DNA of 64,000 bases from Bugula neritina (taxonomy: Eukaryota > Animalia > Bryozoa), in contig OZ037769.1 in the NCBI GenBank assembly GCA_964035545.1, positions 5,313,929 to 5,377,928 of the forward strand, written 5' to 3'. This document shows, piece by piece, positions 53,426 to 64,000 of this stretch. The position numbers and the translations under genes were made by a program. The notes below the pieces were generated by a model. The model worked only from the letters and a program-made list of their open reading frames with translations. It had not been told where the DNA came from and did not search any database. Numbering within the stretch: the first letter of the stretch is position 1; the number at the start of each line of letters is the position of its first letter.

Positions 53426-55275
53426 TGTTACTGGCCAGCAGTGAAATCAATTGGCTCCCTCAGATATTAGTATTAATTTCTACGTTTGTTTTTAGATTTT
53501 TAGAGATTTAAAGTATGTGTATGGCTTCTAATTAGTAAACATAACATTTATATATGCTAGAAGAGAAATGATTGAATATTTCAATTCAATATCATAGCAA
53601 ATTGCTCTACATACTTGCCTTGCAAAGCAAATCTTTGCCATACCGTGAGTGTTACTCTTCAGATTAGAATTAGCTTGTGGTAAAACAATTCAAAAAATAC
53701 ATATTCCTTTGTACCTGAATTTTGTTTAATAAATTTTGCTATCAATAAATTAAATAAAATTCTATGTACAAAAAATCAATGTAAAGGAAATTATTATAAT
53801 ATTAAATTCATTGTACAGACGATAAATTGTGATTTAAAAAATATTATATTAAACTATGAACAGTAAATGATTAAAAAATGATTGCTAAATGTTGAAAAAT
53901 TGTAACCAAATAATGATTAAAATAACAGCCAGCAATATAAATAGATAAAAAGTAAAAAAACACTTGCAGAACAAAATACTGACATAAAACATGGTATTAA
54001 TTATAAAACTTAGTTTGCTTACATTACTTATAGAAATATATTTCATTATAATACACTTGAGCTTGAATCTTTTTATATGATTTTTATTGATGGTATTAGG
54101 CAAGTCATTCTCATGCAGTGAATTACATAGTAGCACTTTTTGCAGTACTTTCTCAAATATTTGGTTATAATACCTGTTGTATTAAAATAAAAAACCGCAT
54201 TTTGTTATAGATTTTAGCAACAACTTTAGTCCTAATAGTTTTGTGTTTATTTATGAGCGCAACAGAATGTACTGAATGTGCAGGGTCTTTAAGAATGTAG
54301 CATATAATGATATATTGTAGCATCGTGTAATATATTCTAGTATATTTTAGTATATTCTATAGTGGTGAAAGGTGACCAAAGATGACCAATAGCACATCAT
54401 GGTATATTATAATGATATTAAATTATTATGACGCATTGTAGCATCTCAATACGGTACATTATAGCGCATTGTAAGATACTATCGTATATTATGTTATTAT
54501 AGTATGTTATAGCATATTATGACATGTACTATAGTATATTATTATGGTAGGTATATATATTATGGTATATTATAGTATATAATATAATGGTATATTAATA
54601 TGGTATAATAGCTATATAATCAACCTGCCAATAGCTAAAAGACAAGCCAAAGAAACTCAGTTTATCCCGAACTGTACTTCAATAATAAGAGAACTCACAG
54701 TAAAAAAAAATTTAACGCAATAGTTGTTTTTGGACTCGCAATATTAATTTTTTATAAAAAATGGAAATTTTATTTTGAGTCATACAAAAATTTGACTAGG
54801 CTACGAGTAAGCGATCAACAATTATTTGCTAAGATAAAGAAAATCTAACCCCCCCCCCCCCCCCCTTAACTCCATGTCTTCGTCTATAAATTTCAGTCAA
54901 TAACTTAAAAAGGTTGTTTTTTTAAAACTTTGTGGTAGTTAATTCCTGCGTGTATCTTTACTTACATTTTATTGCCTATGTCTTGCTGTGCATGGCTATC
55001 TATCTATTTCAAAATTCAAAATGTGCTCTTAACCTTTACATGATTGAATTTTTAAAATTGTATTTCTTAACTCTTTCTATTTAAAGCATAAGTAACAAGC
55101 AACAAATTTGGTGCATCAAACAAGTTTAACATGTTAAAGCAGTGAACATATTAAAGTAGGTGCATAACTGGAAAGCTTTTAAAAAGCTGTAGAAACATGC
55201 CACAGTGGTAGTGAATTATTCTTAAAGTGATATAAATGTAGTCCGGCTCTGTATAATTATATTTTTAGATAAAGT

Positions 55276-56031
55276 TTATTCACAGCTGGGATCTCTTTCT
55301 TGTCTTTGTTTCATTACACTCTCGTCAAACAGGTGTCGTGGTATGTTTGCAATAGGCTCTTCGGAACCTGGGGGCTGTCTGCCAGAGTTATCTGGACGTT
55401 CAAAGAAGGAAGTCCACTCAGCAGCAGTGATGCTCATACAACACTCAGTTTGCAAGTCCACATTACGGTCTGGAATTTTAGAAGAGCCTTTCATCAAATC
55501 GTAAACCAATGCTGAGTTCTCCAAGTGTTGCCCTTCAAATAGAATTGCACACTCTTTGACTTGAGTGAGACATTGGGCTGTAATTATTTCCCAGAAATTA
55601 AAATACTTTTTGAATATATGATTTTGTTTTTATACATTTAAAACATGAGACGTTATACAAATACCTTCAATTCGGATTTTCTGTGCATGGATAAACATAT
55701 CATGAATAGAAGAATTGGATTCTACGGCTCTCGCTTTATTTTTAGGAGGACTTTGATCTAAGAAAACATAAATTACAATTAATGTGTTGAATCAAAATAC
55801 TTAGGCTGTTGCTTCAGGCATAGAACAAACTGAATAGAATCATCTGGAAATGTAGAAAACATAATTTGTATGCTAATCTAAATAACACATCAAATAAGTT
55901 CTGATCTTAACTGAGTTTAAAATAGAGTGCTTACTTTCTATAGCCTGAGAGTCGCTGCTCTGCCCGCTGTCAGATTCATACTCTACTTGACTCTTACTTT
56001 GCTGATGTCTGCTTTCACCTCGAGATGCCAT
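55276..56031 (-). CDS. Gene C: uncharacterised diverged member of the A-D cluster, ~163 aa (or a 3' extension of gene D exon 1)
   Basis: Exons 56031 (acceptor at 56048)-55935, 55757-55665 and 55577-55276; phase 1 introns, open frame MASRGESRH...QSPPKNKARAV...KIRIEAQC...AILFEGQHLEN...AAEWTSFFERP...NIPRHLF. Confidence 0.7.
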
Positions 56032-56049
56032 CCTGCCGGCAGGACTGTC

Positions 56050-56262
56050 TAGATTTGTATAGTTGCTATGGGAACATAAGAACAATACTACATGGGCACA
56101 CTGATAACACTACATGCATATTGTTAGATTTGTAGTTGCTATGGAAACATAAGAACAATACTGCATGGGCACACTGATAACACTACATGCGGACACATTA
56201 CATGCATATTGTAAGGTTTGTAGTTGCTATGGAAACATAAGAACAACACTACATGACACACC
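56050..56262. repeat. ~75-85 bp tandem repeat x3
   Basis: Unit TTTGTAGTTGCTATGGAAACATAAGAACAATACT(A/G)CATGGGCACACTGATAACACTACATGC; abuts the gene C acceptor. Confidence 0.9.
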
Positions 56263-57130
56263 ACACATATATTAAAATGACAGTGTATGAACACACAAGT
56301 ATGATACATTGTAATTGGCTTAAAATGCTGTGGAAAGTGTTCAACGGCCTATTTGTTTGTTTGTTTTCAGTGTTGAGTTTTATCAAAATCATCTTCAGAT
56401 CTTTTTAATTTCTGGTACTGTGAAAAATTAATGCTATGTGTTTCAATAGAAAGCTAAAAAGAGAGCACAACTAATATAACTATTGCTATTAACTCACCTG
56501 AAAAAAGTCAAAAAAGTTCAACCACAAAGTTTCACTGCAAAATGAACAAGTGTGATGTAATCAGTTACTGTAGAGCTTTACTCACTTGGAATGTAGTAAT
56601 CCCAAACATTTTTATATTAGCAATATTGAAATTCCATCATTTTTGTTTGAAAATTTTATTTCAGATTAGGTGTTACGTTGTTAAAAGTTTTATATTGAGA
56701 CAACGCGATAAAATATTATGGTATTTTATATGTCACTAGAATAGAATAAATTAGTTTAATGTAGTATAAAAAATGTGAATCATTATCATTTTTATAGAAA
56801 GCCAATAGATTCCTTTTCTACATACTAAGTATTATTTAAAAACTAAGAAATTCATTTAGCTTATTGTAAGGTTAGCCCAACTTACCAGACCAATGTTAGA
56901 ATCCCAAATTCCAAGCTGTTCACATGTGCATTCAGCTCACAAAGCTATCGTAAAGCTCTCATAAAGCTATAGTAATGCTATGCATATACTGAAAGATATG
57001 ATATCATAACTCCAATCACAACATAACAGTAAGCCTACCGCACATAATGTTTGCTATATTACTAAAAAAACTAAACCTTAATGTAATATGAAAAAATTGG
57101 AACTCAAACTGTAGTGATGAGTTTTCTCTG

Positions 57131-57205
57131 TGGTCTCTGTGGTGTAATATGGTTAGCACACTTGCTTGCAAATCAAAGGTCTCGGATTCAATTCCCAGTG
57201 GGGCA
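57131..57205 (+). mobile_element. tRNA-derived pseudogene / SINE head
   Basis: TGGTGTAATATGGTTAGCAC (A-box) and GGATTCAATTCCC (B-box); stems are mismatched. Confidence 0.5.
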
Positions 57206-57551
57206 AAATTATTTTACACAAACCAAATTTTCTACACACTATGTATATTGTAAAAACTTGGAATTATCTAGCTTATTACATTTTACGTTTTATACAATTT
57301 GTTATTCAAGAAATATAATCATTTTATTATTATCTGAAGTAGCTTCAACTTTGCATGTGTTCAAACTATTTTCTATTCCATGGTATTGTTTTATTTTAAT
57401 AACTACTTGCATAATTAAATCTCTGCTTAACAAACATTTTGACAAAACAACAAGCTTTCTTAGCAAGAAAACAATAAATCAGAAAAATATTGATAAAAAT
57501 ATTTCTTAACATAAAAAATATGGTGACTAAGACAGCTTGTACTGCACCTTT

Positions 57552-58651
57552 TTAAGAGCTATACTGATAGTCATTGACACGGAACAGGTTATTTTGTATC
57601 CAACTAGATTCACACCCTCGGTTTTCATTTGCCGAGTGTTCATTTTCAGAATTAACTAATGTTGGTTTCTCCCAATAATTTTCCCAAAAAGCAGCTGATT
57701 GCGTTTCAGTTTCAGGATTTGCTGTGCTGCCATACTGGCCATTCAGCTCATCAAGTTGTGCATCACTTTGCAGCACCTGCTGTTGGTGGTCAGATCTCTT
57801 CATTAGATAACTGACAGGTAGGTTTCTTTCGCACACTGACTCTGGCTTGTCGGTTGAATGCAGTTGTGTTAAACTTTTTGAAAGTGAACTTCTTTTGTGA
57901 AAATCTTCGAGTATATCTTTCTCAATTTTAATTACTTGATTGTCTATAATGCCACATGGTAGTGTTTCAATTGTTTTTAAAAGTTCATTAGTTTGGTGAT
58001 TTTTGCCGCAATCTTCTTTGTAGTTGTCTCTACTTGCTTTTGTCTCTTCTATCAAAACATTGAGAAAAAGCTCAGAAGCTACATATAGCCTTTGCAATAA
58101 CTGTAGCAATTTAAATATTATGTTGCAATTATTATAGCTACTAAACAGTTTCAACTTTGCATAAGCAGATGAAATTTAAAAACAAACTAACTTTACTCAA
58201 AAGAAACTTCTCAACATAAATTGATCAAGCAAATGTTTTGTAAAAGTCTACAGATTATATTCTATCAGTTTTGAAAAGGTTCAAACTAAAAATGCATAAC
58301 TTTCTAACCTGCAAAAGATTGAATAGAGGCATCTTTGAGCATGAGGGTTCTATCAAACTGATAGCTGAGTTCTGGAATGTCACTTTTCAATAATAAATTA
58401 GAAGGATCCGCATCACAACTTGCTCTTCGATTACTTGGATGCCTAGACTTTCCTCTTGAACGGTTTGGTGAAGGTGTAGGCGTTCTCATTGGGAGTTGCT
58501 CTCTCCTCTGGTTTCTCTTTCCCCAGTCACCTGATGAGGGGTGAAGGTCACCTCTTGGCATCTCCTTCAAGCACGTCTGCTTACCATTGACTGATGAAAG
58601 AGACTCCCTCCTGGAGAGTCGTGAAAAGTGGGGATGTTCAAAACCCGCCAT
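57552..58651 (-). CDS. Gene D: uncharacterised protein, ~279 aa; R/S-rich N-terminus, weak similarity to genes A and C
   Basis: Exons 58651-58309 and 58048-57552 (phase 1; alternative acceptor at 58078 possible); an acceptor AG lies 14 nt upstream of the ATG. Confidence 0.72.
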
Positions 58652-60917
58652 ATTCGTTCAGTAATCTGCAAAGAAAATTGAATCCCTTATAATGCCAGTT
58701 GGTGGGGTTTGAATTCCCCTGCAGACACCAGTATAGAATGAGAGTTAATTGTTGCTTTTTAAACGCAATCAACTGAAAACTATACTTGAAAATATTAGTA
58801 GCTTTTAAAGTGGAGAAAATGTGTTTTGAAATTATAAATATCTTTAGTAGAAGCTACTGGAGTTGCCCACCCTCAGTGATGTGGTGTCAATGTTTTTAAT
58901 TACTGAACATAAAACTTTACTCTGCATGCACCTGGGTGTTTCCCTGGGTTAATTGAAGAGGTTTAAAAAGTCAAAAAGTCTATTTGCAGCAAAAGGTACA
59001 GTGACCCCTCAGTGATGGTTTCTAGCATTTAATGCACATATGCATTTAATACTGCTACATGACAGAGACATTATTGCAAAAATATAACATTGCATTAATG
59101 ACAAATTAGTCAGTATATGATTGAATTATGAGATTATCAGCTTACTAAAAATAAAAAAAGCATGTATAATAAAGAAATTTGGTAGCAGCAAAAATAATGA
59201 TTTATTAAAACGAAAAGTCACTATGAGCCTTATAAGAATGCAACACAAGTCACAACTGAAATTTTATTCAAAAAATAATTTTCATTTATCAGCTCTGACT
59301 TAAAATATGTTTTTTACCTTCAAATTTGATCTATGAGCTCTAGTTGTGATTATAAATTCTAATATATAGTGAGATAATACAGATTTCACAACTTGTTAAG
59401 GTTGCACCATTATTGCAATCACAGATGCATCAGTGCAAAAACTGGAACATTATTGCAATTTTACAATATCTACTATAAGCTACTAAAAACTTGAAATCAA
59501 ATAAGTAGGGCATACACTTTCTAAGACTCAAAAGTGAAAACGATTAGCTGTGTTGCTATACCAAAAAGTCACTGTGAGCATAAAAGTATAGAAACAAGAA
59601 GCAATCTATTTTAATAAAAACTAAAAAAATTATTTAGCCATTAAAACTTGCAAATATCTGCCGTTTCAAACTATATTATGAACTGTAGAGTATATAAGAA
59701 ACTAACCTTTTTCTACCACAAAATTAGTTTAGAGTGAGAGATAAAAATTTTACCTTGTCAAATGACATCACCAGATTTTGTGTACCTTAGTTCATAATAA
59801 ATACATCTAAAAATTATTTAAATTTTTATTTCAACTGTGGACCACATGCTAGAGATATTTTTGAAAGATTTGTTGTACATTATAAAAAAATTAGCATTTT
59901 AATTTTTAATAATTTGAGTTTCCTGATTTTATAATTATTAACTGTGAAAAATAACTGTTATATAAATTAAATACATTTCCTTTTTGTTGAAGACAACTAA
60001 GCTTCTACAATCTACATAATATATTTTCTGTTGAAACAATTTTAATTTAAACTAACTATTTTTATACTTGAATAACAAAATGTTTGGAGATATACTAATA
60101 CTTTAAATAAATTAGCAGAATGCATAATTATTATAAATGTAAAGTAAAACAAACACTCAATTTTAAACTCAAAGTAGAAATGTAGCGTTGCTTTTAACAA
60201 GAATTGTAAAGATGTTTCACAAAACTTTATTTCACTGAAACAATGTTGCCTTCAATGCAACTAAACAAATATACACTTGGCACTGATGCTATAATATGCT
60301 TCCGATTGAGTTGGCATAGCTCAAACTTAATTTTAGTAATGAAATATTATATTGTGCATGTATTATTATGTGTAGTTTTACTATGGTTTTATGTTGCATT
60401 TTATTGTGTTGTTTTAGAAGACTGCATGCCTCTAAAAAGTTACTTGGTAGAGCATTTATAAAAACATCAAAAATTTATATATTTCAAGATCTATATTAAA
60501 TAGTGAGCATGCATGTTCTGTGTTTGAGTAAAGCTGGACACGGTAATTTTGAAAGCCATAATGCATAGTTGTAAGCAACAGCAAAATTTTTTATCATTCT
60601 TACAACAAATTTTAATTTAAAAGCAATGTTACATTATACACATGTTTTTTTATTTTATATTGAAATAAACTTTAATGTCTATTGAAGTCATACCTTATGT
60701 ATTTACTATCAATTTTCATTATATAAAATATAGTGGAATATATTTCAATTTGTATAGAATGATTTTGGACATGGGTCCTTTATTTTGAATACTGATACAA
60801 ACTGGGAATTATCTCCTATTGCTCAGTCTTCTGCTACAATTCACCTCTTATTGTTGATTTACTTTATATTTCACTAATGTAGTGCTCTTTTGTAATGAAG
60901 CATAAAATAGAGCTTTT

Positions 60918-60980
60918 GTGTGCGCTCGTGTATGCGCGCGTGTGTGCGCGCGTGTGTGCGCGCGTGTGTGCGCGTGTGTG
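60918..60980. repeat. (GT/GC)n alternating purine-pyrimidine repeat
   Basis: GCGCGCGTGTGT-type units. Confidence 0.9.
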
Positions 60981-61362
60981 TTGTGCAAATCAATAACAGC
61001 ATAGCAATATCTTAGCCAAGCAAACATTTTACTTAGTTGCTGCAGAGTCTAAACTATAAATGCTTACAACATATTGGCCTAATCAAGACATAAGTTGTGT
61101 TTAATCTGCTAGAATACTTTCAAGTGCATTGGAGAAAGAACTAAATACTGAGAAGACAACTTACTTTGTTTTATTTCAAAATACATAAATGTAGCAGAAA
61201 ATAATGATTTCAGTTATTAAAATATTTAGTATATATAACAGTCAGAAAATGTAACCAATAGCTTTAATTAGATGTTAAACAGTTTTAACTAGTTGTTAAA
61301 AATTAGCTGCTATAAAGAATGGAAATTTGACTAGCAGTTTGTTTCCATAAAAACAGCTGGGT

Positions 61363-63633
61363 TCAGTCGTGCACTCTGAAGTTGGGATCATTGAACGAGC
61401 TGCTAGACCTGAGAGAAGCCTGATAACTTGGGCATTGCCTTCGGGGTTTGGGGATGGGAGACATATTGCTCTTAGAAACTCTTAAGGAGGAATGCTGGTC
61501 ATCAGTTTCCCAGACGACATTGGAGGGGCTACAGCTCTGATTATTACGAGACAGTGGACCTTCGAAGAAATTTTCCATCATGTCTTCAGCACAACCAGGC
61601 TCGGTTACCAGAGGCCCAAACTTGCTTGGAGAATTGGTATGCTCAGGTTCAACATGGCTAGAGGTATATGGCGTTATGGTGTTTGGGGTAGCTGGCAGAG
61701 CATCTCTTATAATCCCAGAGCTGTTTGGAATAATTCCCAGACTGATTGAATCTTGAGTAGAAGAAGAAGTGCTAATTGTTTTCGATCTTTTGTACTTGAA
61801 ATCAGCCAAGCCTAAAATAATTAAAGTCAAAATAAACCTGAAAAATCTAGTTAGATTTTTGCTAAACAACACACAAAAATGCTTTGCCTGTTGAAATTTT
61901 AGTTTTACTTTTTCTTTTACCAGCTCAACTTTCAACTGTTGATAATTTTAAGTGAAGTCAAGTAATTTCTAACCAGGAGTAGTCAACTTCGTTTAAGCAT
62001 AAAAATAGTATGCCTGCTATTGTTTTCAAATTGCAAAGTGAAAGTTACTTATGACATGCTTTAACTTATTTAGCACATTTACCAGCATTTCAACATAAAA
62101 TTTGAAAATTCACAGAGGTGTTATAGATATTACACGTTATTGAACAATTAAATATTAAATTTGGCAATTTGCATACCTTGTCTTTGTCTTGTCTTTATTA
62201 TAAGAACAATCACCACAACCAGCAGACCAGCTGTAAGTGTAGCTGAACCAACTGAAAGTATCATAACTGTTTCCATGTTGTTTGCAGGGTTCGCTAAAGT
62301 GGGCCGTGGTTTTTCGGTAGTCTCAGTCGACAAGTTGCAAAAATTGTATTTATTTTTGGATACAGTTCTTTCACATTTTGAGCTGCAGTTAATGCTGTGA
62401 AGCTCGCAGTCATAGTCTTCAAACAGTTTCCCTCTATAAAAAACTGGATTGTCTTTTTTACGAGGGGAATAAATTTTATCTAGTTCAGTTACAGAATAGA
62501 CATGGGAATATTTGTATGCGCAATTGGTTTGTGATGAACAGGTGCCGTCTATTTGCTGCGAAAAGACATCAAATCCGGAATTTCCATCAAAGTTGTCATT
62601 AAAAGAGTTGGTGTCACTGCGACCTGCCTTATCATTTTTAGGTATTTTAGCATTTCGTATGAAATCTCTTAATATCTTCACATTGGTTTTACTACGTTTC
62701 AGCACAGCCTGGCAATTTTGAAGTTCACTTTCCTTACATTTGCTTCTTGCGTACTCTTTAAATCCATATCCGAAGGTGTAAATAGCTTTAATTGTATATA
62801 CGGTGTAGAGCTCTATATCAATATCTTCACTCGCAGTGGTTATATAAGGTGTGTTATTTGAACAAGCTTTCAGTTCCTCGCCTAAAACTGGGAAGTTGAA
62901 AGATCCTCTTATTTTACAGTTGTTCTTTTTTTCATACATCTGTAAAAACCACTGATTTTGTCCCGTCAAATTAGGACGAAGCCCTGACAGATGTTCCTGA
63001 AAACATTCCGTCTACAAAGCATACAAAAACACTAGCGTGTCAGTAGATTCAAAGGTAACTGAAATTTGCTTGCTTACATCTTTACTAGCGTAAACTAACT
63101 TGATATTGACGATATTTTTGTACTTGATTTCACTACGGCCAAGCAATACATTTAGTGAACAAAATTTGTCCTATTAATACACAGGCAGCATCTTTGAATA
63201 ACATGTTTTCCTGATCAGCAATGGTTTATATTACTGCAAACTATCATTTCTCTGTTAATCAAATAACCACCACTTCCCCATTCCTAAATGTTTGAATTAA
63301 CAATTTTTTTACTGAAAACAAAACCTAAAGGTAAAAATAAAAATTGCAAATAAATTACATAGATATTTCAATGATTGAACTGTTCAAGCCGCAAATTGTC
63401 ACAACGACCTCTTCTGTGATTGGAGAGGGGTGTAAGACTTTGGTAGAGTAACTAAGTTATACCTCAAAGGAAGGGTTTATTTTCAATGTTATGGAACCTC
63501 TCAAGAGATGGCCATATTTTTCAATTAATGGTTTTTTCTTTTCCCAAATTTTGCCAATTACAAGTATACTGCCACTGTTTTTCCACCATGTCCTTTCTTC
63601 AAGATTCAATGCATCCAACCAATCTGTGATTGG
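61363..63633 (-). CDS. 3' part of a class C GPCR/mGluR-like Venus-flytrap (ANF receptor domain) protein with a single TM helix
   Basis: Exons 63633-63463, 63011-62177 and 61811-61363 (phases 0,1). GSITLK..FQEHLSGLRP...NQWFLQMYEKKNNC matches the mGluR NPWF..C segment, and YTIKAIYTFGYG matches the V..AVYA.A.A helix. TM is VMILSVGSATLTAGLLVVVIVLII followed by KTRQRQ, then a S/P-rich tail and a stop. The 5' exons lie beyond the window. Confidence 0.82.
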
Positions 63634-64000
63634 CTAAAAATTTCATTAAATATATTATAAATAAGCATAGGAAATGCAATGCAACAATAGTAATACTATA
63701 GTAATATATTATACTATAGTATACTACTATATTAAAGCAATAACATAACATTACATTACTGCTTTAAACTGCTTTACTCAAAATATACATTGTATCACAC
63801 TGCATTACATTACATAATTATCTTTATCATGATGGAGAGCTTTCAATCCAGATGCATAAATGTTGAAAAACTGCTGCTTTTTACAAATTTAAGTAAAAAG
63901 TCTTATTGAACGAAGCTGAAGTTTTACACGCACAGTTGAGTTGTGAATTTTACTTTTTTTTATTTTAACAATAAAATTTAGATAATATTTTAATAGAATT

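Noticed and set aside
57131-57205. Functional tRNA gene (GCA in the loop); also 28225-28302 and 47520-47580
   Set aside because: Anticodon, T and acceptor stems are mismatched; better explained as tRNA-derived SINE heads or pseudogenes.

Overview
AT-rich, intron-containing animal (probably invertebrate) genomic DNA, not prokaryotic. I rebuilt gene models by hand from GT-AG junctions with consistent phase. (1) 715-2142 (+): last three exons of a gene entering from the left, encoding a Tyr-motif-rich tail ending ENELYGA. (2) 4179-15490 (-): complete 10-coding-exon poly(rC)-binding protein (PCBP/mub-like, three KH domains, ~580 aa), with ~17 kb of non-coding upstream DNA that probably holds its 5'UTR exons. 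(3) 34567-44729 (+): complete 18-exon molybdenum cofactor sulfurase (MOCOS, ~864 aa), divergent from PCBP. (4) 45923-58651 (-): tandem cluster of four unannotatable genes (A-D). A and B are clear paralogues sharing a CxxC-x25-CxxC motif and a C-x13/14-C-x2-H-x6-CW domain; C and D carry degenerate remnants. All ten modelled coding introns in the cluster are phase 1. (5) 61363-63633 (-): 3' part of an mGluR-like Venus-flytrap protein with one transmembrane helix and no 7TM or catalytic domain. Microsatellites, tRNA-derived SINE-like copies and MITE-like foldbacks are scattered throughout. The best novelty candidates are the A-D cluster, the single-pass Venus-flytrap receptor, and a hairpin-associated alternative acceptor that would remove the PCBP C-terminal PY-NLS-like motif.
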